Origin: Eledone cirrhosa
Taxonomy: Eukaryota
Length of the DNA: 64,000 nucleotides
Assembly (NCBI GenBank): GCA_964016885.1
Contig: OZ024747.1
Coordinates: 16,926,001-16,990,000, forward strand
Direction of reading: 5' to 3'
Part shown: one piece after another, positions 14,131-27,304 of the stretch
Numbering within the stretch: the stretch's first letter is position 1
How the letters are laid out: each line of letters starts with the position of its first letter
Position numbers and translations under genes: made by a program
Notes under the pieces: generated by a model
Databases searched by the model: none
What the model was told of the DNA's origin: nothing
The model's input: the letters and a program-made list of their open reading frames with translations, nothing else

Positions 14131-15712
14131 CATATATATGTTTGTGGATTTATAAATATATATGAATATATATATACTTGAGTTATAAGATGTTGACTAA
14201 CTATGGTTGTATATGCAACACCCTATTTATATGTATAAATGTATGATTGATAATATAAATCATATATATCAATGAACAGAAACATTAATCTTTTGGTTGA
14301 ATTTAAACATTGTTCACAATAACAATGACTGAAAATGTTGAATGCGTGTGTATGCGCTCACTGTAATTTGGATTCCTCACTGTGTAGGTCAATAATCAGC
14401 AATGAAGAAGCAATGGTTATTACAATGAAAATAAATTATATACTCTAGCATGAAACGTGTGTGCTTTGTAATCATCCAAATATTATCGTTCTAAAAATAC
14501 ATAACTGCAGTCATTAATTTAGATACATGGAATCTACTCTTTGAGTCATTAGTACTTTCAGAAAAAATATTCCTATGTAATTAATAGCAAAATTTTGACA
14601 TTCAGCTATATTTTTAATTTGATTTGTGACAACATACTCCGACCCGCCTATTGTAGAGAATATGATTATTTCTATAATTACCGAAAATCTTTACCATAAC
14701 ACACAAAACGATTGGTTCTGTTAGTTTAGTACATTTAGACACTGATCGTAACGCCCTATCGGTTGTAATTGTTTGCCTATTCCATAGACAGTTGTACTAC
14801 ATGTATTTTTCAGGGAGATTCAGATTGATGTAGCTTGTGACAAAACGGAGCCCCTGAGATGCGACTTCGTACAATTTCTGCCCATATTATTTCAATCACA
14901 AGGCTTCGGTCGTCGATACAATAGTAAAGTGCGTTTGTCCAAGATAACCCACAGCTGTATCTAACCTGGAATCTCGTGAATGTGTAACCAACGTCTTATT
15001 CAGTCATGCTTTATCCAACTGAATTTCATCAGTTACTAAATCTCTTGTTTGCTGATATTGTTTATCCAATGTCAGTTCTGATATTTTATATCCATGGCTC
15101 TCCCGTATTTTTCCAACCACACTGAACTACCGAACATATTTTTCAATGTTTCCTATTCTGAGACAGTTCGATGCTAATTGAAGGAATACATTTATTCTAA
15201 CGAAGCTCCCAGCTTGTCTCGGAATCTATTCATGTATTAATCGAATTAAAACGAAACGAAATGTAGCATAGGGGAAACCCCCATAAACGAGATGAATATT
15301 CTTAATAGTCAATCATAATTCGAAAAAGAAACTAAACTAAAATATTTAGGAATTCAGGAAATGAACTCATCAATTAAATGCAAATGAACAATTCCCATAT
15401 CACATTAATGTTGTTTGACAATGAAATAATTTTCAATATGTTCTGGTTTTCCCAAAACTTAACATAAATATATAATCTTAGAGAATATTTTGTTTTCTTA
15501 AGAACAAATATGATTGACAAAAGCTGTAATGTAATATTAGCCGTCAATAGGCAAGTACAAGAGATTATAGGTAGTGTAAACAATTTATCTGTAGGAGCTT
15601 ACTTTTTATATTATTTTTAGATCTATTCATCAATTGTCTGTGAATATATCTGCTTTATAGGTAGATAAGTCTAATTAACAAATACACGCCACATATTGTA
15701 TGCATGATTATG

Positions 15713-15762
<50 letters not shown>

Positions 15763-15766
<4 letters not shown>

Positions 15767-15858
15767 AATATTTGCTCTACGGTTCTTATATATTTGATAT
15801 ATATTTATCCTTATCGAGCCCTCTTTGGATTTTAGTCTTCAAATTTATTATTATTACT
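15763..15858 (+). mobile_element. Solo 3' tail of families D/E inside (TA)n
   Basis: TAAATATTTGCTCTACGGTTCTTATATATTTGATATATATTTATCCTTATCGAGCCCTCTTTGGATTTTAGTCTTCAAATTTATTATTATTACT is the near-identical reverse complement of 11208-11301. Confidence 0.85.
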
Positions 15859-15889
15859 ATATATATATATTTATATATATATATATAAA

Positions 15890-15922
<33 letters not shown>

Positions 15923-15924
15923 AA

Positions 15925-15963
<39 letters not shown>

Positions 15964-16022
15964 TAAAATATATATATATATATATAAAATATATATATAT
16001 ATAAAATATATATATATATAAA

Positions 16023-16073
<51 letters not shown>

Positions 16074-16074
16074 A

Positions 16075-16128
<54 letters not shown>

Positions 16129-16140
16129 TATATATATAAA

Positions 16141-16226
<86 letters not shown>

Positions 16227-16232
16227 TATAAA

Positions 16233-16264
<32 letters not shown>

Positions 16265-16270
16265 TATATG

Positions 16271-16312
<42 letters not shown>

Positions 16313-16489
16313 TAAAATATATATATATATATATATATGCATGTATCTGCGCGCGTTTATGTGTTTCTGTGTGTCACTTACTGATACCCATCGGGAATCC
16401 ACTCTTAAATGTATAAATACATGTGTATATAAATATACACACGCGCGTACGCGCACACACACACGCGCATCCACACATCCTCAATTCTA

Positions 16490-16526
16490 CCTTTGAAAAG
16501 CATAAGAAATGTGAAACCGGTAAAGG
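16490..16526 (+). ncRNA. Minimal hammerhead with U3-A8 core (family J copy 1, element ~16339-16580)
   Basis: cct TTGAAAA gcat-aagaa-atgt GAAAC cg GTA|aagg; stem I is one nucleotide out of register here; homolog at 39193-39229. Confidence 0.6.
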
Positions 16527-16594
16527 AAATATAAATATTCTTAAAAAGACTCCAGTTGCATTTTCATTTTCTTTCCCTTATATATATATATATA

Positions 16595-17280
16595 TATTGT
16601 TATACTTTGGGAGGGTCATGTTGCCAATAAGAAACACACGCACCAGTTGCTTTCACTTCAATTTAATTTAATATATATTTATAAATTTCCAAATTTATAA
16701 ATTTATGGTTGGTTGGTTGGTTCCACAACCAGATAGTTGTTTATATATATATAGTCATAGTTCTTTCGTCACACACTCTGTGACCTCTTCAGTGACTGGG
16801 GATTTCTTTCTTCGTTTCTGTGCCTTTCCTTTCTTCTATCCTACGCCATTTTGTTTGTGTGTGGGTTGCGTGCTCAGTTTGCGCATGCGCCACATCCGGG
16901 TGTCTGTGTGTGTTTGTGTTCATTTTTCTATTTTTCTATTTCTATTTGTTTGTTTATTTATTTATTTATTGTTGGTTGGTTGTTTGTTCTATGTGTGTGT
17001 GTGTTTTCATTTTGTGTGTGTTTTCAATTGTAAGTTGTTTGTTCTATGTGTGTGTGTGTTTTCATTTTGTCCTTAATTGTAAGTTGTGATGTTGCTGTTC
17101 CAACCAACCAACCAGAAATTTATAAATTTGGAAATTTATAAATATATATTAAATTAAATTGAAGTGAAAGCAACTGGTGCGTGTGTTTCTTATTGGCAAC
17201 ATGACCCTCCCAAAGTATAACAATATCGGTTTCAACACACGATTTCAGATAAAGCATCTTGCTAAACAAATTCAGAAACG

Positions 17281-17281
<1 letters not shown>
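16595..17281. mobile_element. Family B foldback copy 1: long left arm, short right arm (17100-17225), tail 17226-17281
   Basis: TATTGTTATACTTTGGGAGGGTCATGTTGCCAATAAGAAACAC... and its reverse complement. Confidence 0.9.
16753..16797 (-). ncRNA. Minimal type I hammerhead (family B)
   Basis: agtca CTGAAGA g gtcaca-gagtg-tgtgac GAAA gaac TA|tgact; perfect stems I and II, extra G after A9. Confidence 0.8.
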
Positions 17282-17364
<83 letters not shown>

Positions 17365-18331
17365 ATATATGTGTATATATATATATGTGTGTATATATAT
17401 GTGTATATATACGTGTATATATATATGTGTATATATATGTGTATATATATGTGTATATATATATGTGTGTGTATATATATATTTATATATATATGTGTGT
17501 GTGTGTGTGTGTTGCTATTCGATCCATTGACCATTTGTTTGGGGGCCAGCCAGCTTGTTTCTAACTAAGTGCGGAGATATTTTCTCTCTTTTAAAAGTAT
17601 ATTTTCGGCAAAATTATTTGGCCTTATAATATATAAACATGACGAATTGATGTTATTTAGTGTCAGGTAACGTTCTCATTAAACATTGTTATAGCTCACA
17701 TTAAACAATAAAATCATATAAAAATTAAAAAAGAAAAACGTTTTACAGGAAAATAGTTGCAATAACAATAAATGTAAAATTGATTAAAACAGTAATACAG
17801 AACTCATTGTAATGAGACAATGAGATTTAATTGCTTAGTGAATAATGTATCTCCTGGGATATTGTTAAGTGCTCTGCTTTATAATATTACCAAAAATATA
17901 TATCATATAAATTCGTAAATGTATGATACGTAAATAGGCCATGATTTTATACTGAATATTTGAAATGTTCAGGAATATACAAAGAAAACGTTAAGAAAAT
18001 TAAGTTTAGCGATTTAAAATTATTGCAAGACACACATATAGTATCTGGACATATATAAATACAGAAAAACATATTTTAATTTCCCAATATATATATATAT
18101 ATATATATATTGGGAAATTCAATAACAACAACTAGGAGTACAGTTACGAAATATGTTAGGTATTAGGTTCACGCGTGAGAGTAGGGGTGCGGGGGCGCTT
18201 CTTTTCGGGCATGAGGCCGTCATCAGGAGAAAGGTGGGAAGGAGAGGAGTTTCGAGAAGGTGTGCAGGGGAGTGGTCGAACAATATTAAAATAAAAGGAG
18301 AAAAAAAGGAAAATATATATATACATACGTG

Positions 18332-18362
<31 letters not shown>

Positions 18363-19567
18363 TTATATACGTGGGTGTGTGAGTGTATGTGTGTATGTGT
18401 GTATGTGTGTGGGGGGGGGGGGGCACAGGCACCCACAAATGAAGACATAGATACACAAGAACTGCCAGGGACACTTGCTACATATTCAGTAAAATAAGCA
18501 TTACCAACATACTATCATTTCTCCTATTAGTCCTATAACTAAGATCATAATTATGTTTCTTTCGGATAGTGGAAACTGGATAAAATATAAAAGAGGAGAT
18601 CTTTTGAACATTCAAAGGTCAATAAAGTAATTATCGATAATGAACTAAGTCAAGCGTCGAATAAAACCGCCACACGTAAACAATGATCTTTGATACAAAT
18701 GAATTCAAATCAAAAGTGTATATGGCTTAGTCTACCTACTTATTTTGTAGAGCACTTTCAAAACACAATAATAAAATTAAACTGTTTTTCATTCGTTTGT
18801 TTACTAATTATATATGGAGTAGTTCTTAATTTTATTAATTTCGTAAACAGATTGAGAAATTCCATTAACTCAAAACAAAAGATTCAATAATTTCCAGGGA
18901 GAATAGAATATAATAATCAACTTTCTAACGTACTTTGATTGTTCATTAAGAAATTCCGTTTCCAGTTAAATTTACTTGCATCATATTTACTTCAACAATA
19001 AAATATATCAAGTATTTACAAACTTTGATAAAAAATGTATATAAAGCCCAACAAAATATTTCATACAGACATACATACACACATTAACATATCCTAATGA
19101 GGTATGACTATTTCGTAAAAGAAAAATAAATAGTTAGGTGAACACAAGTAAATTTACAAAACGCTATCAGATCGCGCAAACTTAAGTACAATTTCATGGT
19201 AAGTCGAAACAGCGCTATTTTGGAAGGATGTTGATCTTGAAATATGGGCCATCATGGTGGACCCGGTCACTACGCCGTATCTTTTCCACGTGAGCAGCAA
19301 TGTTGCCTTGAGACAACCTAAACAAATTTTGTGATCTGCATAGTCGAAGCAATGACAACTACCACGTTACTGGAATAGGGTCGCATCTTTCTTGGCATAC
19401 TAAGCATACAGTGACAAATATATTCAATTAGGTGGCAGTTGTCGTAAATGACATTTAAGGGGAAGATTAGAAATAATTCTGCAACCGTTCGTAGAAGCCG
19501 AAGTAACTGGAATCTGCAGCCGAGTGCTCAAGAAGGGAATGCAACATAATTCACGCTCTATTTAAAA

Positions 19568-19598
<31 letters not shown>

Positions 19599-19601
<3 letters not shown>

Positions 19602-19665
19602 GGGCGAAGGGTCCGTGCATGCATTGGATTGTATGCCCTGCTTTCCAGATTACTCTTCGCCACTG
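19599..19665. mobile_element. 67-bp miniature TIR element in (TA)n
   Basis: CAGGGGCGAAGGGT ... ACTCTTCGCCACTG (12/14 inverted match). Confidence 0.5.
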
Positions 19666-19698
<33 letters not shown>

Positions 19699-19891
19699 AG
19701 TAAAAGGAAAAGAAAATGCTGTCAAATTTTTCCCAGTGAAAAATAGTTTAATTAGGAATAAGTATAAATTAGTAATAAGTATTGGTTAGTATTCAGTTTT
19801 AGTTTTAAGTTTTTACCGGTTGCGCATTTCTAATGCATTTCAAAAATAATTTTGAGATAGAGTGCTTGTGATGTTTGCAAACATCACGATC

Positions 19892-19940
<49 letters not shown>

Positions 19941-20098
19941 TATATATAATATATATATAACTATAATATATATATATATATATAATATGTATATAAATAT
20001 AATTTATGTATATATATATAATATATATATATATAAATATAATATATATATAATATATATATATATATAATATATATAAATATAATATATATATATAA

Positions 20099-20448
20099 TA
20101 TATTTATTAAAATAACAGATTAAAGTTTAAGCAAAGAATCGCTGCTTTCACCCTTAACGGGATCTTCTGAAACTAACAAAGTCAATATGTAAACGCAGAA
20201 GTGAATATTCCCTGGCAGGGAACGTTTCCACGAACCAAAGTATCGTCTTCCTGTCTTCCTCCGGTTGCAACGTTTTTTGAAATATTCACTTCTGCGTTTA
20301 CAGATTGACTTTGTCAGTTTCAGAAGATCCCGTTAAGGGTGAAAGCAGCGATTCTTTGCTCAAACTTTAATCAGTTATTTTAATAAATATTTGCTCTATG
20401 GTTCTTATATATCTGATATATATTTATCCTTATCTGATATATATTTAT

Positions 20449-20450
<2 letters not shown>
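20099..20450. mobile_element. Family D foldback: ~110-bp arms (20099-20209 / 20281-20390), tail 20391-20450
   Basis: Inverted arms; tail TTTGCTCTATGGTTCTTATA... shared with family E copy 1. Confidence 0.88.
20316..20366 (+). ncRNA. Hammerhead fold with CAGAAGA (A4) core (family D; mirror copy 20124-20174 minus)
   Basis: agttt CAGAAGA t ccc-gttaa-ggg t GAAA gca-gcgattctt-tgc TC|aaact. Confidence 0.65.
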
Positions 20451-20522
<72 letters not shown>

Positions 20523-20535
20523 TATATAAACATAA

Positions 20536-20572
<37 letters not shown>

Positions 20573-20578
<6 letters not shown>

Positions 20579-21145
20579 GGAAAACATGAAAAAATGAAAT
20601 TTCAATTCTCACTCTTAGTACGGCTGATACTTGAATGTAAGTATGTATACGTACATACATATATGTAAACAGACCTACAGCAGTATGTATATACATATAT
20701 ATATGTTAGTATTCGGTTTACCGAACATTTATTATAATGTTCGGTTTGTTTGTAAACAAACAGCCCGAACTGAGCCGTACAGTGTTCGGCAACCATCGTT
20801 GCCATTTTGCTCAACACTGACAAAGGAACGATGAACTAGATTCGAGCTTCTTAGCTGACATCAGCATCGTATACCTTCATTTTTTCATTTTTTCCATTTA
20901 TCGTTTTTCGGTGCGCCCGGGCGACTAACTCACTCGATATGCAAATTAGGCTGCTCAGCCGTTAACATCCATAAGGAAAGTATATACTTTCAAACGTTCA
21001 ATCATCTGACAGGAAGGTATACGATGCTGATGACAGCTAGGAGCTCGAAACTAGTTCAACGTTCCTTTGTCAGTGTTGAACAAAATGGCAACGATGTACG
21101 GCTTAATTCGGGCTGTTTGTTTACAAACAAACCGAACATTATAAT
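20573..21145. mobile_element. Family F foldback: arms 20731-20878 / 21013-21145, tail 20573-20730
   Basis: Inverted arms; the tail end recurs inverted at 20876-20901. Confidence 0.85.
21022..21061 (+). ncRNA. Minimal type I hammerhead (family F)
   Basis: cgatg CTGATGA c agct-agg-agct c GAAAC ta GTT|caacg (catcg in the mirror arm 20829-20869, whose core is mutated). Confidence 0.7.
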
Positions 21146-21326
21146 ATATATTTCTGGACTAGAAATATCCGTCGAAACGGCTTAATATCCGTCGAAACGG
21201 CGTATTTAACAATGCCAGGACCGGTTGCATTTCAGCGTACTCAATAGATAATGTAGAATACATTCCAGAGTATACACATAGTTATTCCTTCAACAGAACA
21301 CATGTAAACGAGTGTCTATATTAGTT

Positions 21327-21436
21327 CCCCGACTCGAGTTTCGGCCACACTTAATGCAGCAATAGGTTGCACTGCACCTCTGTCTGCATATATTATGCAA
21401 CAATGCACAATCGGTGTATGTGGCTTCATCAGCGGG
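21327..21436 (-). ncRNA. Type I hammerhead with greatly extended stem II (element ~21202-21572)
   Basis: cccg CTGATGA a gccacat...gtgtggc c GAAAC tcga GTC|gggg; palindromic stem III ACTCGAGT. Confidence 0.72.
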
Positions 21437-23171
21437 TATCGCCTAATCAATTACCAATCGATCGACAGATTTCAACCGCAGTCCATGCCGGCTATGACAA
21501 TATAATGGCCGACATAGTCATGTGATTAGCAATTGGAATCTAATACAACTCCGTCCCCCGACCAGCCACCGATATATATATATATATATATATAGGGGGG
21601 GGGGTGAACAAACACACGATTGCATCTATTTTAGATGTTAATACTCTATACGCAGAACTGTGTGGCTTAGTGTGAAACAGAGACATAAAACTGAAGGATG
21701 GTTCGGTGTATTTCACTGTGAGGTGATGGATACTGCTTGAAAATGGAATCTTATTACTGGTTCCGAATATATACGTAAGACTTAATTTCTTGCATTATGT
21801 CTAGTATCTGTGTCATATTGTGCCGAAATTCCTATTTTAGATGTGAGGGCGAAATTGTTTTATTTCTGAATTTACATACTACCTTTGTTGATGTTCCTAA
21901 ATCAAAGATGCTTCCCTGACCGTCAACAATCTTACCTGTAAATATAATAGAAATTGTATTAAAATTCATACAAATTTCATTATTCAAAAATAAATATTTA
22001 GTCATGGAATATTTAGAAAAAAGCCTCTAAATTTAATTCTAAATTTAATTCGATGATGGCAGTTTATAAATAAAGTTTCTTTTTTGATAAACCTCCCATG
22101 TTTTAGCTCTTATTTTGAAGTTGCGAAAGAAAGCTTCTGTTGCCAGTGCTGGCGCCATTCACTTGTTAACTTTATAACTATTTCTCATATATTACAAGTC
22201 AATAATTCAATAGACTGTTGTATAAAATAGATTATTTCAAGTCCTCCTCGAATTAAATGTTAGATCACAAATCAACATTGAAATTAAGAAAGTATTACAT
22301 CACATGTCACATTTGTACTTTTACAGCCGTATTTCATTGTAGTGGCTTTGTCTAACTTAAACCAAATTTTAAATAACTTAGAAGCAGAGTTATTTCTCTT
22401 GGGATGTCACTTTGTTTCTTTGCTTTATCAGCCTAAACTTTCGGTTGCTTTTGGTGAATTGGATAATGAAATAAGAAAATTTATGAACGATTTCTCGGGA
22501 ACTGTTTCCTACTAATCATTATTCTTTCCTTTACATAATATTTCTTAGAAATATTTGAAATATTGCATTAGAATGTCATCATTGAATAACAGATATGGCA
22601 TTACATTTTCGAAACCTTTTAACATGGATTCTCTATAATGTATTTTAAGATAAATATAATTCTCTATATCAGCTAAGGAAAATATAACATTGTGAAAATT
22701 CCTGTGAATATTCCTGTGAATAACATCTTTCTATTTTCCTATGTAGTTTTACTTTCTACAAAAATAAGTTTTCACAGCAGTATATTTCTTTAAAATATAA
22801 TTATTTAATTGCCTTCAACAATTTGTATTCATAGTTGCAATGATGATATATAATGCCCTTCTTGCTATCGATATACCTTTACCATTTATCACCACGACAC
22901 TTAAGTTACTGAAATTGCTTGAAAACTGGTATTGAAATATATTTCAGCTTTAGCCATGACTATATTTCTCATATCCTGTCTCTAGAAAAATATGTATGCG
23001 AAATGCGTAAATTGATTCTATTAATTATAGAATATATATGAATATTTTCGATACCCCCAATACTCACAATAAACGAAACATACTAGATATAGCAGCTAAA
23101 TGTTACTCAGAATCAAACTAAGGTCTCTGAAACAGTGGGGCTATTGAAATACGATTGAAATACTTTTACTA

Positions 23172-23240
<69 letters not shown>

Positions 23241-23462
23241 CCAAACTATTGCATCATATGCAAAACGATTGACTATTTCCGTTATGATTTATACTTGTCC
23301 TTAACTTAAATATCGGTGTTATAAACGAAACGTTATAAATCCCATCGCTAGTTATAGTGTTGGATGGAGGTAAAAATCTCAGATGTTCATTTTTTGTGAA
23401 AAATAAAAATAGTGGAAACTTTGCCCACACTACATTTATTATTCAAGAAGGTTTCTTTTATA

Positions 23463-24397
23463 TACGAGGTAATTTATTGACAATCAATTTATCTGAGAAA
23501 TGCATATGAGCCATGGTAACGTAGCACCCCGTTGTTCTATTTAGGCGTGCTGTTTATGACCGTACATATTTGTTTCAACCATATCGAACAACGGTAAACG
23601 ATTAAACTTTCTGTGAAACGCAACAAATCTGCCATTGAAATATTTAATTATTTAACACAAGCTTGTGGAGATGCCACTCTATCGAGGGGTATGGATGTTA
23701 ATTGACACAGATCTTTCAAAGAAATATTGAAGAGGAACCTCGTTCTGGAAAGCGTTCAGGTCAATAAGTAAGCAAATTGTGAACATGATACAAACGGAGA
23801 TGGCAAAACTCACCGAATAAGTGTTAGGGTGATTGGAGAAGAAAACGGGCTCTGATAACAATGCAGTTATCAGAGCAGATCCTAGTATTGATCACAAAGA
23901 TATTTTCCTTCCGAGATAGACAGATACACACACATTCATCTACGAAATCTTGGAACGACTTTGAAAACGGGCCATCGATTCCGAAACGACATTGCGGATG
24001 GCGAACTGTACTTCGATACCGCACTTGTTTACTCACACAGCTCTTTCAATTAGAGGATTTCTGCTAAAGAAAACCATTCCTACTTCCCTTTATTTCACAC
24101 ATCCTCTGTACCGCGCAGATCTAACTCCGTTTGATTTCGACATTGTTCCTAAGTTGAAATCGAAGTTGAAAGATTATAATCTTCTGTTTGTGGAGAACAT
24201 ACATAAAATATAACCGAAGAAATAAGGAGAATGAACACTGATACTGCTACAATCAATGGAAGAAACGTTGGAACAACTGTGCGACTTTCCACACATCGAT
24301 TTTTGAAGGAGATAAATTGTAAAATTGGGATTCTATGTATGTCTAATATTCATTTAACTACAGCATCAGTATCCTTTATTTTGGGAAACACCTCGTC
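23463..24397 (+). mobile_element. Decayed mariner transposon
   Basis: Ends TACGAGG.../...CCTCGT; HPLYRADLTPFDFDIVPKLKSKLK matches the mariner HPPYSPDLAPSDF.LFPKLK motif; multiple stops and frameshifts. Confidence 0.8.
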
Positions 24398-24451
24398 TAT
24401 ATCCACGCTTATATAGATAAATACATCTATATATACATACATATATATATG

Positions 24452-24511
<60 letters not shown>

Positions 24512-24778
24512 CATACATATATATACACACACATATATATATATACACACATATAATATATATATACACACATATAATATATATACACACATATAGTATA
24601 TATATACATACACACACACACACACATATATATATATATTGTTATACTTTGGGAGGGTCATGTTGCCAATAAGAAACACACGCACCAGTGCTTTCACTTC
24701 AATTTATTATAAATTAAATTTATAAATTTAGGATTTAGCAATTCATAAATTTCCGATTGTTTGGTTTGTTCATATATT

Positions 24779-24821
24779 GTCAAAGTTCTTTCGTCACACA
24801 TTATGTGACCTCTTCAGTGAC
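24779..24821 (-). ncRNA. Hammerhead (family B copy 2, left arm)
   Basis: gtca CTGAAGA g gtcaca-taatg-tgtgac GAAA gaac TT|tgac. Confidence 0.7.
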
Positions 24822-25287
24822 TGGGGATTCTTTTCTTTGTTTTTGTGCCTCTCCTTTGTTCTGTCCTACGCCATCTTGTTTGTGTATGTGTTGTGTGCTT
24901 AGTTTGCGCATGCGTTACATCCGGGTGTCTGTGTGTGTTTATATCTGTTTATTTATTTGTTTATTTACATGTTACTGGTTGGTTGTTTGTTCTATGTGTG
25001 TGTGTGTGTTTTCACTTTGTCCTTAATTGTAAGTTGTGATGTTGCTATTCCACACGTGAATGGAAAAGCAACATCACAACTTACAATTAACGACAAAATG
25101 AAAACACACACACATAGAACAAACAACCAAACAGTAACATGTAAATAAACAAATAAATAAACGAATACAAACACACACAGACACCCAGATGTAACACATG
25201 CACAAACTAAGCACACAACACACACAAAAACAAGATGGCGTAGGACAGAACAAAGGAGAGGCACAAAAACAAAGAAAAGAATCCCCA

Positions 25288-25330
25288 GTCACTGAAGAGG
25301 TCACATAATGTGTCACGAAAGAACTTTGAC
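25288..25330 (+). ncRNA. Hammerhead (family B copy 2, right arm)
   Basis: gtca CTGAAGA g gtcaca-taatg-tgtcac GAAA gaac TT|tgac; one stem II mismatch. Confidence 0.62.
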
Positions 25331-25536
25331 AATATATGAACAATCGTCTGGTTGTGGAACCAACCAACCAACCGGAAATTTATAAATTCCTTTATTTATG
25401 AATTTAATTTATAATAAATTGAAGTGAAAGCGACTGGTGCGTGTGTTTCTTATTAGCAACATGACCCTCCCAAAGTATAATAATACCGGTTTCAACACAC
25501 GTTTTCAGAAAAAGAATCTTGCTAAACAAATTCAGA

Positions 25537-25617
<81 letters not shown>

Positions 25618-26297
25618 ATTTCCTAAGGAGTTTAATCTCAATTATATAATTATTCCTGCAACCATTTTGAAATTTAATTTAATAATAATTCAAAATAGTT
25701 TCCAGCATTTGCGTCGTTATAACTGACTGATAATTAATCATTTAATCTAATGAGAATACTGAACGTCGAACATCGTACAAGTTAACAAAAAAATAAGAAA
25801 ACATACTCACAATTTATTAGAAACCTGCCTAGAGTCATGCTTACTTTGCCGAACATTATAATGCTGCTAATATTATGCATTGTTAAATTCTGTCTATGAG
25901 ATGATTAAACGAATAATCTTTCATATCTTTGATTATATTTAACAATTCCAAATTATATAAATTGTTTCTGTATTTTGAATCTCATAAATATAAATATGGT
26001 TTTATTATAATGATGCAACATTGAAATATATCCCTTTTACAGGATACATTAAAATACGAAGGACATCACATAACGTTGAGCAAATGTGAAGTTAGTTATG
26101 GTTCTTTAATCGACTGTTATGGTTCTTTAGTCTACTGATAGCAAATTTAGGCTGACATCCTATCGAATCACCTCATTTAATACTTTATCGTATATGATTT
26201 ACTAATATTCAATTTGGATTTTTTTTTCATTCTGGAAGATAATTCATTTAGATGAATTATATAAATTGAAATGTAACTAAATATGACGGCTTATGAT

Positions 26298-26497
26298 TTG
26301 GGCACAAGCCACCAGTATTGGTGGAAGAGATTATCGAGTAAGTTGATTACAGTGCGTTACTGGTACATTATTCTACCGAGGCTGTAATGATGAAAGGCAA
26401 ACTTAACCTCGGATTGATTTAAAGTCAGCACGTAAATGACGTAACTATATAGCCTAAAGCATGTTTCCCGACGCTCCTTCGATACTGACAACCCAAA
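26298..26497 (-). mobile_element. Degenerate tRNA-derived SINE (octopod-type)
   Basis: ACTGGTAC...GATGAAAGGCAAA..TAACCTCGG core shared with 27070-27304, 41699-41890 and 60725-60912. Confidence 0.65.
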
Positions 26498-27069
26498 CCC
26501 ACAACCCTTAACATTACTAAATATAATATGTTAAACATTGTGGTTTAGATTCTATGTGTTTTCGAGAAATAGTAATAATTTTTAACCCAAATATAATTTG
26601 TATGGATATGATACGTCAGATCATTTTGAGTCAACATTCGTAGACCAATTGAAAATGATTATCAGTTTTAAAATAATTTATCCTAAATATAATAACATTC
26701 ATTACAGGTATCAGATAAACCTGGGCGGAGCCAACAACAGTTGTTTGTACTTAACTATATCTTGATGAAAAGCTAGGATAAGTAATGTTCATGTCCTTCT
26801 AGAACAGAAGAGTAATCAAAGGAACTTGTCTAGCATGATCGATACGTACTCATGCAACATAATTTACAGCTTGAATCCATGATAGGTATGCAAATTTACT
26901 TTCTATAAATATGTGTTTACTTCCTTTGATACCTGATTAATAACGCTCATACTTTTCATAGGGACGATGTTACCGTATGTACGGAGATGTAACTCCTGTT
27001 GTAGACGTCAGGCCGCTGTAATTACATACATTAGGCTCACCTCCTGTCCAGCTGTGCACACAGTCGATT

Positions 27070-27304
27070 TCTTCAGAGAAAAATACAGTGATGATTGAGA
27101 CTGAGGTGGGGTGAAAAAGATAATTGTTAAAGAAATATAGAGATAATATTGACACCAGTATTAGACTAGTACATTTTCATCTATCTCAAAAAGATGAAAA
27201 GCAAAGTTGACATTGGTGGGATTTGAGTTCAGAGTACACAAAGCTTGAACACATACCGCAAATCATTCTATCAGAAGTAGAAACCTATCTGCCAATTCGC
27301 CGCC
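27070..27304 (-). mobile_element. Degenerate tRNA-derived SINE
   Basis: GATGAAAAGCAAAGTTGAC...GATTTGAGTTCAGA (B-box reverse complement)...TCTGCCAATTCGCCGCC (A-box reverse complement). Confidence 0.6.

Larger units (their letters stand above)
24637..25540. mobile_element. Family B foldback copy 2: ~420-bp arms (24637-25052 / 25061-25485), tail 25486-25540
   Basis: Near-complete palindrome with an ~8-nt hinge; HHR in both arms. Confidence 0.92.

Noticed and set aside
18078-18119. AATTTCCCAAT-(AT)n-ATTGGGAAATT palindrome
   Set aside because: Only ~11-bp unique arms around a self-complementary TA tract; too short to interpret.
18203-18232. CTGATGA-ggc/gcc-GAAA on the minus strand
   Set aside because: No stem III, cleavage triplet or stem I partner downstream.
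24637-25540. Foldbacks as assembly or read snap-back artefacts, or as classical MITEs
   Set aside because: Arms differ by substitutions and indels, end points recur between independent copies, and ends are asymmetric and carry ribozyme folds. Only the perfect-arm cases (C copy 1, N) cannot be cleared without reads.
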